In this document: in pieces, positions 54,500 to 64,000 of the stretch
Position numbering within the stretch: position 1 is the first letter of the stretch
Layout of the letters: every line of letters starts with the position of its first letter
Assembly: GCA_963813335.1 (NCBI GenBank)
Contig: CAWEYL010000004.1
Location: 1-64,000, forward strand
From: an uncultured Chloroflexia bacterium
GTDB lineage: Bacteria; Chloroflexota; Limnocylindria; Limnocylindrales; CSP1-4
Direction: 5' to 3'
DNA: 64,000 nucleotides
Made by a program: the position numbers and the translations under genes
The notes under the pieces: model-generated
The model's input: the letters and a program-made list of their open reading frames with translations, nothing else
Databases searched by the model: none
Told to the model about the DNA's origin: nothing

Positions 54500-56149
54500 A
54501 TGAGCGACGCCACCGACGCGACCGCCCCGCAGCACACGTTCCTCGGCCGGATGCTCGACACGATCGAGCGCGTCGGGAACAAGGTGCCCCACCCCGCGAT
54601 CATCTTCATCATCCTGATCGCCGGTGTGATCGTGCTCTCCCAGCTCCTGTTCTGGGCGGGCGTCAGCGTGACCTACGACGTCGTCGAGCCGCCGCCCGTC
54701 ACGGGCGAGGTGGGCTACCCGCCCGGCAGCGCGGTCGAGGTCCCGCAGATCCCGGTGCCCGACCACTCCGGCACCGACGAGATGCACGTCGCGACCGAGA
54801 CGACCGCGGTCAAGGGCCTGCTCACCGCCGACGGCATCCGCTTCATGATCACCTCGCCGGTCGCCAACTTCAACAACTTCGGCGTGGTCGGGATCATCCT
54901 CGTTGCGATGCTCGGCGTGGGCCTCGCCGAGGAGGCCGGGCTGATCGGCGCCATCATCCGGCTGCTGGTCCGCTCGTCCCCGCGCGGCCTCATCACGTTC
55001 ATCATCGTGCTCATCGGGATCCTCTCGAGCGTCGCCACGGACGCCGGCTACCTCGTGCTGATCCCGCTCGCCGCAGCCGCCTTCCACAGCATGGGCCGCC
55101 ACCCGCTGGCCGGCCTGGCCGCCGGGTTCGCGGGGGTCGGCGCCGCCTTCGGGGTCAACCTGCTGATCGCCCCGATCGACGGGATCATGACCGAGGTCGC
55201 CAACGAATCGATCGCCCTCGTGGACCCGTCGCGCACGATCGACGTCACCGCGAACTACTTCTTCGCCGTGGTGTCGACGTTCTTCCTCGCGATCCTCATC
55301 ACGATCATGACCGAGAAGGTCATCGAGCCACGCCTAGGCAAGTACTCGGGCGACGCCGTCGCCGAGCCCACGGACAAGGTCTCCGACGAGGAGCGTCGCG
55401 GCCTCAAGTACGCGCTCTACGGGTTCCTCGGCGCCCTGGCGGTGATCCTGCTCATCACCCTGCCGCCCGGCGCGCCGCTGCGCAACGAGACGACGGGCGA
55501 GATCTTCGGGGATTCGCCGTTCATGTCCGGCATCCTCGTGATCATCAGCATCTTCTTCGGGGTCGCCGGCTACGCCTACGGCAAGGGCGCCGGCACGGTC
55601 AAGAACAGCGTCGATGCCATCAACGGCGTGGTGAAGACCTACTCCGGCCTGGCCGGCCTGATCTTCCTGCTGCTGATCATCGCCCAGTTCATCGCCTTCT
55701 TCAATTACACGAACATCGCCACCGTCCTGGCGGTCAACCTGGCCGACTGGCTCGAGGCGGCCGGGCTCGGACCGGTCCCGCTGATCATCGGCTTCGTGCT
55801 TGTGACGGCCCTCCTGGACATCATCATCCCGGGGGTCATCCCGAAGTGGGCGATCTTCGCGCCCATCTTCATCCCGCTGTTCCTGCGCCTCGATATCGCG
55901 CCGCAGCTCGTGCTGGCCGCCTATCGCGTCGGCGATTCGCCGTTCAACGTCGTCACCCCGCTGATGGCCTACTTCGCGGTCATCGTCGTGTTCGCCCAGC
56001 GATACGACAAGAACGCCGGCGTGGGCACGATCGTGTCGCTGATGATCCCGTACACCTTCGTGATCCTCTTCGCCTGGACCGTGTTCCTCGTCGTCTGGTT
56101 CCTGATCGGGATCCCGCTCGGACCGGGAGCGCCCGTGCACCTGACGTGA
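54500..56149 (+). CDS. AbgT family transporter
   Basis: IERVGNKVPHP, GRHPLAG, YRVGDS.FN..TP. Confidence 0.92.
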   Translation: MSDATDATAPQHTFLGRMLDTIERVGNKVPHPAIIFIILIAGVIVLSQLLFWAGVSVTYDVVEPPPVTGEVGYPPGSAVEVPQIPVPDHSGTDEMHVATETTAVKGLLTADGIRFMITSPVANFNNFGVVGIILVAMLGVGLAEEAGLIGAIIRLLVRSSPRGLITFIIVLIGILSSVATDAGYLVLIPLAAAAFHSMGRHPLAGLAAGFAGVGAAFGVNLLIAPIDGIMTEVANESIALVDPSRTIDVTANYFFAVVSTFFLAILITIMTEKVIEPRLGKYSGDAVAEPTDKVSDEERRGLKYALYGFLGALAVILLITLPPGAPLRNETTGEIFGDSPFMSGILVIISIFFGVAGYAYGKGAGTVKNSVDAINGVVKTYSGLAGLIFLLLIIAQFIAFFNYTNIATVLAVNLADWLEAAGLGPVPLIIGFVLVTALLDIIIPGVIPKWAIFAPIFIPLFLRLDIAPQLVLAAYRVGDSPFNVVTPLMAYFAVIVVFAQRYDKNAGVGTIVSLMIPYTFVILFAWTVFLVVWFLIGIPLGPGAPVHLT

Positions 56150-56186
56150 CCCGGCTCGTCAGCGCCGGGCCACCGCGGGGTGGCGC

Positions 56187-57752
56187 GTGAGCGACGTCGC
56201 GATCACGTTCGCGATCCTGCTCGCGGTCGTCCTCGCCTTCGTCTCGAACCGGTTCCCGGTCGGCATCGTCGCCATCGGTGCCGCACTCGCGCTCTACTTC
56301 ACGGGCGTGCTCGACCTGACCCAGGCGCTGGCAGGGTTCGGCGACCAGGCCGTGATCTTCATCGCGGCCCTCTTCGTGGTCAGCGAGGGCCTCGACGCCA
56401 GCGGCGTCACGACGTGGGCCGGCCAGGAGTTGATCGCGCGGGTCGGCGACAGCCGGACGCGGCTCATCGTGCTGATGATGCTGCTGGTCGCTGGGCTGAC
56501 CGCGCTGATCAGCGTCAACGGCGCGGTCGCGGCGTTGCTCCCGGTGATCGTCGTCATCGGCGTCCGCCTGGGGCGGTCGCCGTCGCAGCTCCTGATGCCG
56601 CTGGTCTTCGGCGCCCACGCCGGATCGATGCTGGCCCTGACCGGGACACCCGTGAACGTGATCATCAACGAGGCGGCCGCGACCTACGGCGGACGGCCGT
56701 TCGGCTTCTTCGAGTTCGCGCTGGTCGGCGTCCCGCTCGTCGTCGGCACCATCCTGATCGTCCTGTTCTTCGGCGAGCGGCTCCTGCCGTCGCGCAAGCC
56801 GCGCGGGTTGCCGACCGACTTCAGCGAGCACGCCCGGACCCTCGTCGACCAGTACCGCCTCGACGACGATGCCCTCGGGCTGATCAGCCGGACCTCGGGC
56901 GTCGCCGAGGTGGTCATCCCGCCGCGCTCCGAGTTCGTGGGCGACACGGTGTTCCCGGGGATGGTCACCGATAGCGGCGACCTCATCATCACGGCGATCC
57001 AGCGCAAGGGCGAGGACCGCGGCCCCGGCGAGACGGTCCTCGCCGTCGGCGACGTGCTCCTGCTGCGCGGCCCGTGGGCCGCCCTCGACGAGAACCTCGC
57101 CGACGCGAACCTCCTCGTCGTCGACGCCCCCGAGCAGATCCGCCGCCAGACGATCCCGCTCGGCCTCGGCGCGAAGGAGGCCATCGTCGTGCTGGGCGCG
57201 ATGGTCGTGATGCTCGTGACCGGGGTCGTGCCCTCGGTCGTCGCCGGCCTGCTGGCGGCCGGGGCGATGGTGCTGCTGCGCGTGGTGACGGTGGACGGCG
57301 CCTACCGGGCCATCAACTGGACGACCGTCGTGCTGGTCGCCGGGATGATCCCGCTCTCGACGGCGATGACCCAGACGGGCGCCGCGAACCAGGTGGCCGA
57401 CGCGCTCGTCGGCGTCGTCCGGAACGCCGGGCCGTATGCCCTGCTGGCCGGGCTGTTCGCCATCACCGCGGTCTTCGGCCAGCTCATCAGCAACATGGCC
57501 ACGGCCCTCATCGTGATCCCCATCGCCGTCGCCGCGGCAGTGGAGCTCGGCGTGTCGCCGCAGCCGGTGCTGATGTCCGTGACGGTCGCCGCGGCCGCTT
57601 CGTACCTGACGCCGGTCGCTACCCCGGTGAACATGATGGTGATGGGCCCCGGCGGCTACCGCTTCGGCGACTACTGGAAGCTGGGGCTCCCGCTGCTGGC
57701 CCTGTCGTTCGTCGTGTCGGTCTTCGTGGTGCCGTTCTTCTGGCCGTTCTAG
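56187..57752 (+). CDS. SLC13 family permease with a TrkA-C domain
   Basis: SPSQLLMPL, GTPVN, SN.ATA, TP...PVN, GGY.FGD. Confidence 0.88.
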   Translation: MSDVAITFAILLAVVLAFVSNRFPVGIVAIGAALALYFTGVLDLTQALAGFGDQAVIFIAALFVVSEGLDASGVTTWAGQELIARVGDSRTRLIVLMMLLVAGLTALISVNGAVAALLPVIVVIGVRLGRSPSQLLMPLVFGAHAGSMLALTGTPVNVIINEAAATYGGRPFGFFEFALVGVPLVVGTILIVLFFGERLLPSRKPRGLPTDFSEHARTLVDQYRLDDDALGLISRTSGVAEVVIPPRSEFVGDTVFPGMVTDSGDLIITAIQRKGEDRGPGETVLAVGDVLLLRGPWAALDENLADANLLVVDAPEQIRRQTIPLGLGAKEAIVVLGAMVVMLVTGVVPSVVAGLLAAGAMVLLRVVTVDGAYRAINWTTVVLVAGMIPLSTAMTQTGAANQVADALVGVVRNAGPYALLAGLFAITAVFGQLISNMATALIVIPIAVAAAVELGVSPQPVLMSVTVAAAASYLTPVATPVNMMVMGPGGYRFGDYWKLGLPLLALSFVVSVFVVPFFWPF

Positions 57753-57780
57753 TCGGTCGGGACGCCCGACCGACGTCGGT

Positions 57781-59043
57781 TCACGGGGCGATCCCGGGGT
57801 CGTAGATCTCGGCCTCGGCGACGGCCGCTCCGGTGGCGGCGCTGCCGCCGATCACGAGCACCGTGCCGTCCGACAGCAAGGTCGCCGTGTGGTTCGTTCG
57901 GGCGTGACTCATGTCCGCCGTCGGCACCCAGGTCCCGCTGCCGGGGTCGTAGCGCTCCGCGGAGGCGAGCGGGTCGTCGCCGTACCCACCCGCGACGAGC
58001 ACGGTCCCGTCCGTCAACAGGGTCGCCGTGTACGCGAATCGAGCGTGGGCCATGTTCCCGGTCGTCATCCACGAGCCGAGTCCAGGGTCGAACAGCTCCG
58101 CTGAGCCCAGTCGACCGGGACGCGTCACCAGCACCGAGCCGTCGTCCAGCAGCGTGGCGGTATGTCCGGCCCGGCCTTCGTGCAGCGCTCCGGTGGTCGT
58201 CCACGACTTGCGGTCTGGGTCGTACAGCTCCGCCGAGGCGAGCGCCGTGTTCGCCGGCGAGACCTCCTGCGTGTCGGTCCCCACGCCGCCGACGACGAGG
58301 ACAGTGCCGTCGGGAAGGAGCGTGGCGGTGTGACCCGCGCGGGCGTCAGTCATGTCGCCCACGGCCGTCCACGTCCGGCCCGCCGGGTCGTACACCTCCG
58401 CGCTTGCCAGAGGGCTTCCGTTCCCACCGTTATGGCTGGCCCCGCCCGTAACGAGGACGGTGCCGTCAGGGAGGAGCGTGGCCGTGTGGCCGGCGCGGGC
58501 GTGGGCCATGTCGCCGACCGCCGCCCACGATCCGCGCGCCGGGTCATAGACCTCGGCGGACGCCGTGGGCGTCGTCTCATCCTTCGTCGAGAACCCACCT
58601 GCGACGAGCACGGTGCGATCGGGCAGGAGCGTCGCGGTGTGTCCGTAGCGGGCCTCGGCGAGCGGCGCCGTGATGACCCACGGACCGCTCGGGTCTGCCA
58701 TCTCGGTCTCGGCGGAGACCTCGCCGGCCGCCGCCCCGCCGATCAGGAAGACGAGCCCGAAGTGCGGCAGCAGCGTGGCCGTGTGCATGCTCCGGGGCCT
58801 CACCATCTTCCCGCCGTCGCGCCACGTGGCGATGGTGCCCACGCCAGGACGGGACGGTTCGGCGGTCGGTCCCTCGGAGTCCATCGCCGTCTCGAGCGTC
58901 GGGATGGCGGTCGCTGACGGCGTGGGCGATGCTGGCGGCGCTGATGTCGTCGAGACACGGGTCGGCTGAGGAGCCGATGCACAGGCGGCGATGAGAAGGG
59001 CAGCCAGCGCGATGGCGCCGGTCCGTGAGTGCGAGGAGCGCAT
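57781..59043 (-). CDS. Kelch-repeat beta-propeller lipoprotein
   Basis: IAAC lipobox; about seven HTATLL.DG.VLV.GG..SAE.YDP repeats. Confidence 0.88.
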   Translation of the reverse strand: MRSSHSRTGAIALAALLIAACASAPQPTRVSTTSAPPASPTPSATAIPTLETAMDSEGPTAEPSRPGVGTIATWRDGGKMVRPRSMHTATLLPHFGLVFLIGGAAAGEVSAETEMADPSGPWVITAPLAEARYGHTATLLPDRTVLVAGGFSTKDETTPTASAEVYDPARGSWAAVGDMAHARAGHTATLLPDGTVLVTGGASHNGGNGSPLASAEVYDPAGRTWTAVGDMTDARAGHTATLLPDGTVLVVGGVGTDTQEVSPANTALASAELYDPDRKSWTTTGALHEGRAGHTATLLDDGSVLVTRPGRLGSAELFDPGLGSWMTTGNMAHARFAYTATLLTDGTVLVAGGYGDDPLASAERYDPGSGTWVPTADMSHARTNHTATLLSDGTVLVIGGSAATGAAVAEAEIYDPGIAP

Positions 59044-59100
59044 CCGATGTCCTCCGGGCGGGATCCGACCGTGGGACGCCCGAGCGCTCGATCTGCTACG

Positions 59101-61779
59101 TCACGGCCCCGGACGGACCGTCATGACCCCCACCATCCCGGCCTCGGCATGGCCGGGTTCCATGCACCGGTACGTGTAGCGGCCCGGCGCCGGGGCGATG
59201 AACGTGATCGTCTGCGTCTCGCCCGGCCGGGCGACCGCGCCCACGTTGGCCAGCCCGTCGACCATCCAGTCGTGGAAGACCTGCCCGTCGTTGGTGAAGG
59301 TCACGACCACGAGGCCGCCGCTGGTGACGTCGATGGGTGGGCCGGAGAACGCGGTGTCCACCGCAGTCACCGAGACCTGCTGCGCGCCCGCCTGCAGCCA
59401 TCGCTGGACGGCGATCCCGCCCACGGCGATGCCGATGGCGACCAGCGCGATCGCGACCAGGAACGCCGATTCGCGCAGGCGGTCCAGGGGACCGGGACGC
59501 AGCGCCGCCGTCACGTGCGGCCCGGGCCGCAGGTCGAGCCGGCGCAGCCGCAAAGAGTTCGCGACGACGCTCACCGAGGACATCGCCATCGCCGCCGCCG
59601 CGATCGCCGGGTTGAGCAGGATCCCGAAGGCCGGGTACAGCACCCCCATCGCGACCGGGATCAGGACGATGTTGTAGCCGAACGCCCAGGCCAGGTTCTG
59701 GCGGATCACCGCGGTCGTCCGTCGGGACAGCGCCAGCGCCGACCCGACGAGCCGCGGGTCGCCGCCGACGAGCGTGAGGTCGGCGGCCTCGATGGCGATG
59801 TCAGTGCCCGACCCGATCGCGATGCCGACATCCGCCTTGGCCAGCGCCGGCGCGTCGTTGATGCCATCGCCGACCATCGCCACGACCCGCCCGCCCGCCT
59901 GCACCTCGGCGACGATGGCCGCCTTGTCGGCGGGGAGCATCCCGCCCCTGACCCGCTCGGGGGCGATCCCGACCGCCGCCCCGACGAGCGCCGCGGACGC
60001 CGGTGTGTCGCCGGTCACGAGCCACACCTCGACCCCGGCCGCGCGCAGGTCGGCGACGGCCGCCGCGGCGCTCGGCCGGATGGGGTCGGCGATCAGGAAT
60101 GTCGCCGCCGCCCGCCCGTCGATGGCGACATGCACCGGCGTCTCGCCGGACAGGCCGTGGCCGGCGGCGTCGACCGCGACGCCGCGTTCCTCGAGCAGCC
60201 GCGGACTGCCGACCAGCACGGCGTGCCCGTCGACCACGGCGCCCACCCCGCGGCCCGCGAACGACTCGAACCCCTCGATCGGCTGGAACCCGAGCTCGGT
60301 GAGGTTCGCCCGGACCACGATCGCGGCGCCCAGCGGGTGCTCGCTCCCGCGCTCCGCCGACGCAGCCAGGTCGACGACCCGGTCCTCCTGGAAGCCGGGC
60401 TCGACGACGATGCGCTCGACGGTCGGACGGCCGCGGGTCAGCGTCCCGGTCTTGTCGAAGATGACCGCATCGACCTTGCCCGCGCGCTCCAGCGCGGCCG
60501 CGCTGCGGATCAGGATCCCGGTCTCGGCCGCGCGGCCCGTGCCGACCATGACGGCCGTCGGCGTGGCGAGGCCCATCGCGCACGGGCAGGCGATGACGAC
60601 GACCGCGATGAACGTGGTCAGCGCGAACGTGATCTGCGGCTCGGGCCCGGCCAGCGACCAGACGACGAACGTCAGCGCGGCGGTGACCAGTACGACCGGG
60701 ACGAAGACGGCGCTGATGCGGTCGGCCATGCGCTGGATCGGCGCCTTCGAGCCCTGGGCGCGCTGGACGAGCTCGACGATCGAGGCGAGCACGGTGTCCC
60801 GCCCGATCCGCGTCGTCCGCACCACGAGGGTCCCGGAGACGGCCATCGTGGCGCCGATCACCTCGTCGCCCGGGCCGACGTCGACGGGCAGCGGTTCGCC
60901 GGTCAGCATCGACCCGTCGACCGAGGCGCGGCCGTCGACGACGATCCCGTCGACCGGCACCTTCTCGCCGGGCCGGATGCGGATCAGGTCCCCGACGAGG
61001 ATCGCGTCGAGCGGGACGTCCGCCTCGCGCCCGTCCTCGATGCGGCGCGCCGTCATCGGCTGCAGGCCGACCAGGCGGCGGATCGCGCCGCGCGTCTGGT
61101 CCTTGGCGCGCGACTCCAGCCAGCGCCCCAGCAGGACGAGCCCGATGATGATCGTGGAGCTGTCGAAGTAGGTCTCGGGGTGCAGGCCGGCCTCGTGGAT
61201 GACCGACGGGAAGAGCGTCACGAAGACGCTGTAGGCCCACGCCGCGCTGGTCCCGACCGCGACCAGCGTGTCCATGTTCGTGGTGCCGTGCCGGGCCGCC
61301 CGCAGCGCGGCCACATAGAAGCGGCGCCCGGCCCAGACCTGGATGACCGTGGCCGGGATCAGTGCGAGCCGGTTGATGGTCGTCATCTCGACGACGGTCT
61401 GCGGCCAGAACATCACGACCATCAGGACCAGCGCGACCGCGATCGAGGCGATGGCCTGGACCAGCAGGGTCCGGCGCTCGCGCGCCCGGAGGAGGTCCTC
61501 CGGGTCGGCCGCCAGGGGGGATGCCGCGGCGGTCTCGGGCCGGACGTCGTAGCCCGCTGCGGCGATCGCCGCCACGACCTCGGCCCGCCCGGCCACGCCC
61601 GGGTCGACCGTGACGGTCGCCCGCTCGGTGGCGAGGTTGACGTTGGCCTCCACGACGCCGTCGGTCTTGTCGAGGAACCGCTCGATGCGGTTGACGCAGG
61701 AGGCGCAGGTCATGCCCGCGATCGGGAGGACGATCTCGATCGGGCGGACCGGCGGGGTGGACGGCTCGGCGGCGTTCAT
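59101..61779 (-). CDS. copA: Cu(I)-translocating P1B-1 ATPase with a C-terminal cupredoxin domain
   Basis: GMTCASC, CPC, DKTGT, SEHPL, YN, MAMSS; extra TM, then H..C.EPGH...M. Confidence 0.92.
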   Translation of the reverse strand: MNAAEPSTPPVRPIEIVLPIAGMTCASCVNRIERFLDKTDGVVEANVNLATERATVTVDPGVAGRAEVVAAIAAAGYDVRPETAAASPLAADPEDLLRARERRTLLVQAIASIAVALVLMVVMFWPQTVVEMTTINRLALIPATVIQVWAGRRFYVAALRAARHGTTNMDTLVAVGTSAAWAYSVFVTLFPSVIHEAGLHPETYFDSSTIIIGLVLLGRWLESRAKDQTRGAIRRLVGLQPMTARRIEDGREADVPLDAILVGDLIRIRPGEKVPVDGIVVDGRASVDGSMLTGEPLPVDVGPGDEVIGATMAVSGTLVVRTTRIGRDTVLASIVELVQRAQGSKAPIQRMADRISAVFVPVVLVTAALTFVVWSLAGPEPQITFALTTFIAVVVIACPCAMGLATPTAVMVGTGRAAETGILIRSAAALERAGKVDAVIFDKTGTLTRGRPTVERIVVEPGFQEDRVVDLAASAERGSEHPLGAAIVVRANLTELGFQPIEGFESFAGRGVGAVVDGHAVLVGSPRLLEERGVAVDAAGHGLSGETPVHVAIDGRAAATFLIADPIRPSAAAAVADLRAAGVEVWLVTGDTPASAALVGAAVGIAPERVRGGMLPADKAAIVAEVQAGGRVVAMVGDGINDAPALAKADVGIAIGSGTDIAIEAADLTLVGGDPRLVGSALALSRRTTAVIRQNLAWAFGYNIVLIPVAMGVLYPAFGILLNPAIAAAAMAMSSVSVVANSLRLRRLDLRPGPHVTAALRPGPLDRLRESAFLVAIALVAIGIAVGGIAVQRWLQAGAQQVSVTAVDTAFSGPPIDVTSGGLVVVTFTNDGQVFHDWMVDGLANVGAVARPGETQTITFIAPAPGRYTYRCMEPGHAEAGMVGVMTVRPGP

Positions 61780-61821
61780 ACTCCCGCTGAGTATATCAGC
61801 CGCGATACCCCCTGGTAGTAT
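61778..61821. promoter_or_regulatory. tandem CsoR/RcnR-like operators
   Basis: ATACTC-N5-GAGTAT (61778-61794) and ATACCCCCTGGTAGTAT (61805-61821); minus-strand TATACT. Confidence 0.65.
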
Positions 61822-61824
61822 CGA

Positions 61825-62826
61825 TCACGGGGTCGCGACGGCGCGCTCCTGGGTGGACGGCACGTAGTCGACCTGGAGCTCCACGGGAGAGCCGAACGCC
61901 GCGGCCAATGACGTGGCCAGCGGTGCCGCGGGCGCGGGCGCATCCGGTCCCGTGAGCGCGATCGTGACCGCGTCGCCCTCGATCGACCACGAGGTCACGG
62001 TCAGGTTCCTGGTCCCGATCCAGTCGCGGACGATCGGGGCCCCCGTCGTGCTCCGGAGCGTGGCCTGGACGTTCTCGATGCCGCGCCAGGCGAGCGGCAC
62101 CGAGATGGCGAGCAGGAGCAGGATCGCCCCGACGATCCCGTTGCGGACCCGATGGCGCTCCCGGATCATCGCCCGCGACGGCGCGGCACCGAAGAGCACG
62201 AAGACGATGCAGGCGACCACCACGATGCCGGCGAAATTCGTCAGGAAGAGCAGGAGGGCGCCGCCGGCATCCTCGATCCGGCCGAGCTCCAGGCAGATCC
62301 CGACGGTCGCGAGCGGCGGGACGAGCGAGACCGCGATGGCGACGCCGGGCAGGGCGTCGGCGCCGGTCCCGCGGACGGCGACATAGGCGCCCGCCGCCCC
62401 GGCCGCGAGGGCCACCCCAAGATCGAGCAGCCCCGGGGCGGTTCGCGCCTCGAGCGACGGGTTCAGGCTGAGCGGGTCGGGCAGCAGCCAGGAGATCGCG
62501 TATCCGATGCCGATGACCAGCAGCGCGCTCAGCACGACCTGCATCCCGTCGATCCACTGCCAGCGGCTGCGGGCGGTGACCAGCGCTCCGGCGAAGGCCA
62601 TGATCGCCCCGCCGAGCGGGGCCACGATCATCGCCCCGATGATCGCCGCGACGGAGTCCTCGAGCAGCCCGAACGTCGCGATCAGCCCCGCCAGCGCGAG
62701 CATGACCGCGTAGGTGGTGACCGAGTCGCGGAAGGCCGCGCCCTCCGGGAACATCCCGTCGAGCATGGCCGGGCCGGTCAGCGGACCGGCCGCGGGCGCG
62801 GCCGTGCGAGGGACGTCCGTGGTCAT
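61825..62826 (-). CDS. DUF389 domain membrane protein
   Basis: IIGAMIVAPL, ART.P..LDL, LPGVAIAVSLVPPL. Confidence 0.85.
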   Translation of the reverse strand: MTTDVPRTAAPAAGPLTGPAMLDGMFPEGAAFRDSVTTYAVMLALAGLIATFGLLEDSVAAIIGAMIVAPLGGAIMAFAGALVTARSRWQWIDGMQVVLSALLVIGIGYAISWLLPDPLSLNPSLEARTAPGLLDLGVALAAGAAGAYVAVRGTGADALPGVAIAVSLVPPLATVGICLELGRIEDAGGALLLFLTNFAGIVVVACIVFVLFGAAPSRAMIRERHRVRNGIVGAILLLLAISVPLAWRGIENVQATLRSTTGAPIVRDWIGTRNLTVTSWSIEGDAVTIALTGPDAPAPAAPLATSLAAAFGSPVELQVDYVPSTQERAVATP

Positions 62827-62856
62827 CGGCGCATCGGGTCGATCAGGCGGCCGCGA

Positions 62857-63573
62857 CTACATCCTGGCGAGGATCTCGGTCTTCTTCGCCTCGTACTCCT
62901 CGGCCGTGATGGCGCCGCGGTCCCGGAGGTCGGCCAGGCTGCTCAGCGCGGCCGCCGCGTCGGGGGCGGGCGATGCCGCGACGGGCGGAGCAGCCGGGGA
63001 CGCGCCCGCCGTCGCCGACGCGGCGGCGGGCGCCGCGGGCGTCCCAGCGGCCGCGGCGGCCGGGGCCGGAGCCGTGCTGCCCGACATCTTGCGGGCCATG
63101 ATCGCGTTCCTGAAGCCGTCGGTCTTCGTGATCGTCATGAACCGGTCCGCGCCCGACTGGCCGGACTGGCTCAGGATCACGAGGTCGCCATACCCGAGCG
63201 ACCTGCCGAGGACGCCGACCTTCGACTGCACGTCGGTGATCGACGAGATCAACGAGGCCGACGACCGGTGCTTGAGGAGGCCCTCCTCGCGGATCACGCG
63301 CAGGTTCGTCACCGCGAACTCGGCGGTCCGCCAGGCCACGATGTTGTAGATGATCCCGACGACACCGCCGATGAGCAGCGCCCACGCGACGAGGTCCATC
63401 AGGCCCCCGATGGACCCCCAGAACCCGTCGCCGGACGGCGAGAGCCAGCGGATCACGGCGAAGCCGAGCAACAGCAGGACGGCGACGCCGGATGCGCGGA
63501 TGGGGGCCATCCAGTGCTTCTCCGACTGGAATTCGATCGCTTCGTTGGCGATGAGATTGTCGGCGATGGCCAT
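62857..63573 (-). CDS. bacterial PH-domain membrane protein with a C-terminal SHOCT domain
   Basis: KHW, two TM segments, VTNLRVI..G, GR.LGYG; L.DLRDRGAIT.EEYEAKK. Confidence 0.82.
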   Translation of the reverse strand: MAIADNLIANEAIEFQSEKHWMAPIRASGVAVLLLLGFAVIRWLSPSGDGFWGSIGGLMDLVAWALLIGGVVGIIYNIVAWRTAEFAVTNLRVIREEGLLKHRSSASLISSITDVQSKVGVLGRSLGYGDLVILSQSGQSGADRFMTITKTDGFRNAIMARKMSGSTAPAPAAAAAGTPAAPAAASATAGASPAAPPVAASPAPDAAAALSSLADLRDRGAITAEEYEAKKTEILARM

Positions 63574-63683
63574 GGGATCCTCACGGTGACGGTCGGGCTG
63601 GAGCCGGACGGAGCCGGACCGGGGGAATCGTAGTCCACCGGCGCCGCCTCGAAGCGCCGGATCCGCGACCCGATCGGGCCCGC

Positions 63684-64000
63684 CTAGCCCTGGACCGTGA
63701 CCTCGACGCGGTGCGGCGCAGGATTGGCGTACCCGCCCACGCTCCACGTCGGCGCGTCGGTCGCACCGACCACATCGATCGCGCGGCAGGCGAGCGCGAC
63801 CTCGCCCGGGCCGGCAGGCCGCCACTCGAACGACCACGACCGCCACGCCCACGGCCCGAGGGCGGGCGGATCGAGCGTCGCGGGTGCCCAGGTCGCGCCC
63901 CCATCGATGGACACCTCGACCCGTTCGACCGGCGCCCTGCCCGACCACGCCCGACCGGTCAGCAGGACCGGGCCGGGCGGCACGATCCGGCGCCGGGTGA
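63684..64000 (-). CDS. C-terminal part of a sulfite oxidase family molybdoenzyme (dimerisation domain); truncated by the window
   Basis: GRAWSG..V.RVEVS.DGG.TW..A, W..W, RA.D, GY.N. Confidence 0.75.
   Translation of the reverse strand, partial: TRRRIVPPGPVLLTGRAWSGRAPVERVEVSIDGGATWAPATLDPPALGPWAWRSWSFEWRPAGPGEVALACRAIDVVGATDAPTWSVGGYANPAPHRVEVTVQG

Noticed and set aside
57781-58800. Regularly spaced repeats resembling a CRISPR array
   Set aside because: They are degenerate in-frame Kelch repeats, and no cas genes or identical repeats with unique spacers were seen.

Overview
Very GC-rich bacterial DNA with about 60 genes. The gene styles suggest Chloroflexota (Limnocylindria-like) or Actinomycetota; this is inference only. 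The window opens with the 3' half of a tRNA-Gln(CUG), probably an att scar. Most of 0.8-52.7 kb looks like a clustered hypoxia/fermentation regulon: a four-subunit 2-oxoacid:ferredoxin oxidoreductase, Hsp20, a P1B-5 ATPase-hemerythrin, a group 3b [NiFe]-hydrogenase with a fused beta-gamma subunit, three USPs, a CBS-BON protein, PFOR with a DHOD-like partner, phosphoketolase, acetate kinase, a CoA transferase, a hemerythrin, a DsrE/TusA/SQR sulfur module and a DosS/DosR-like two-component system. About 20 copies of a 14-bp palindrome, G(G/T)G(A/C)C-N4-G(G/T)C(C/A)C, resemble the mycobacterial DosR box. They mostly occur in pairs 22-23 bp apart and sit 22-24 bp from a -10-like hexamer. Nested in this region is a second module with two OmpR-type systems (ferredoxin/FNR, two small membrane-anchored proteins, ApbE, a ferric-reductase-like protein and DoxX-Rieske), marked by direct repeats with an 11-bp period. 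The right end carries an M17 peptidase, AbgT and SLC13 transporters, a Kelch lipoprotein and a CopA-cupredoxin fusion with tandem CsoR-like operators. Two single-base frameshifts and several apparently leaderless genes were found. All product calls come from motif recognition by eye; no database searches were run.
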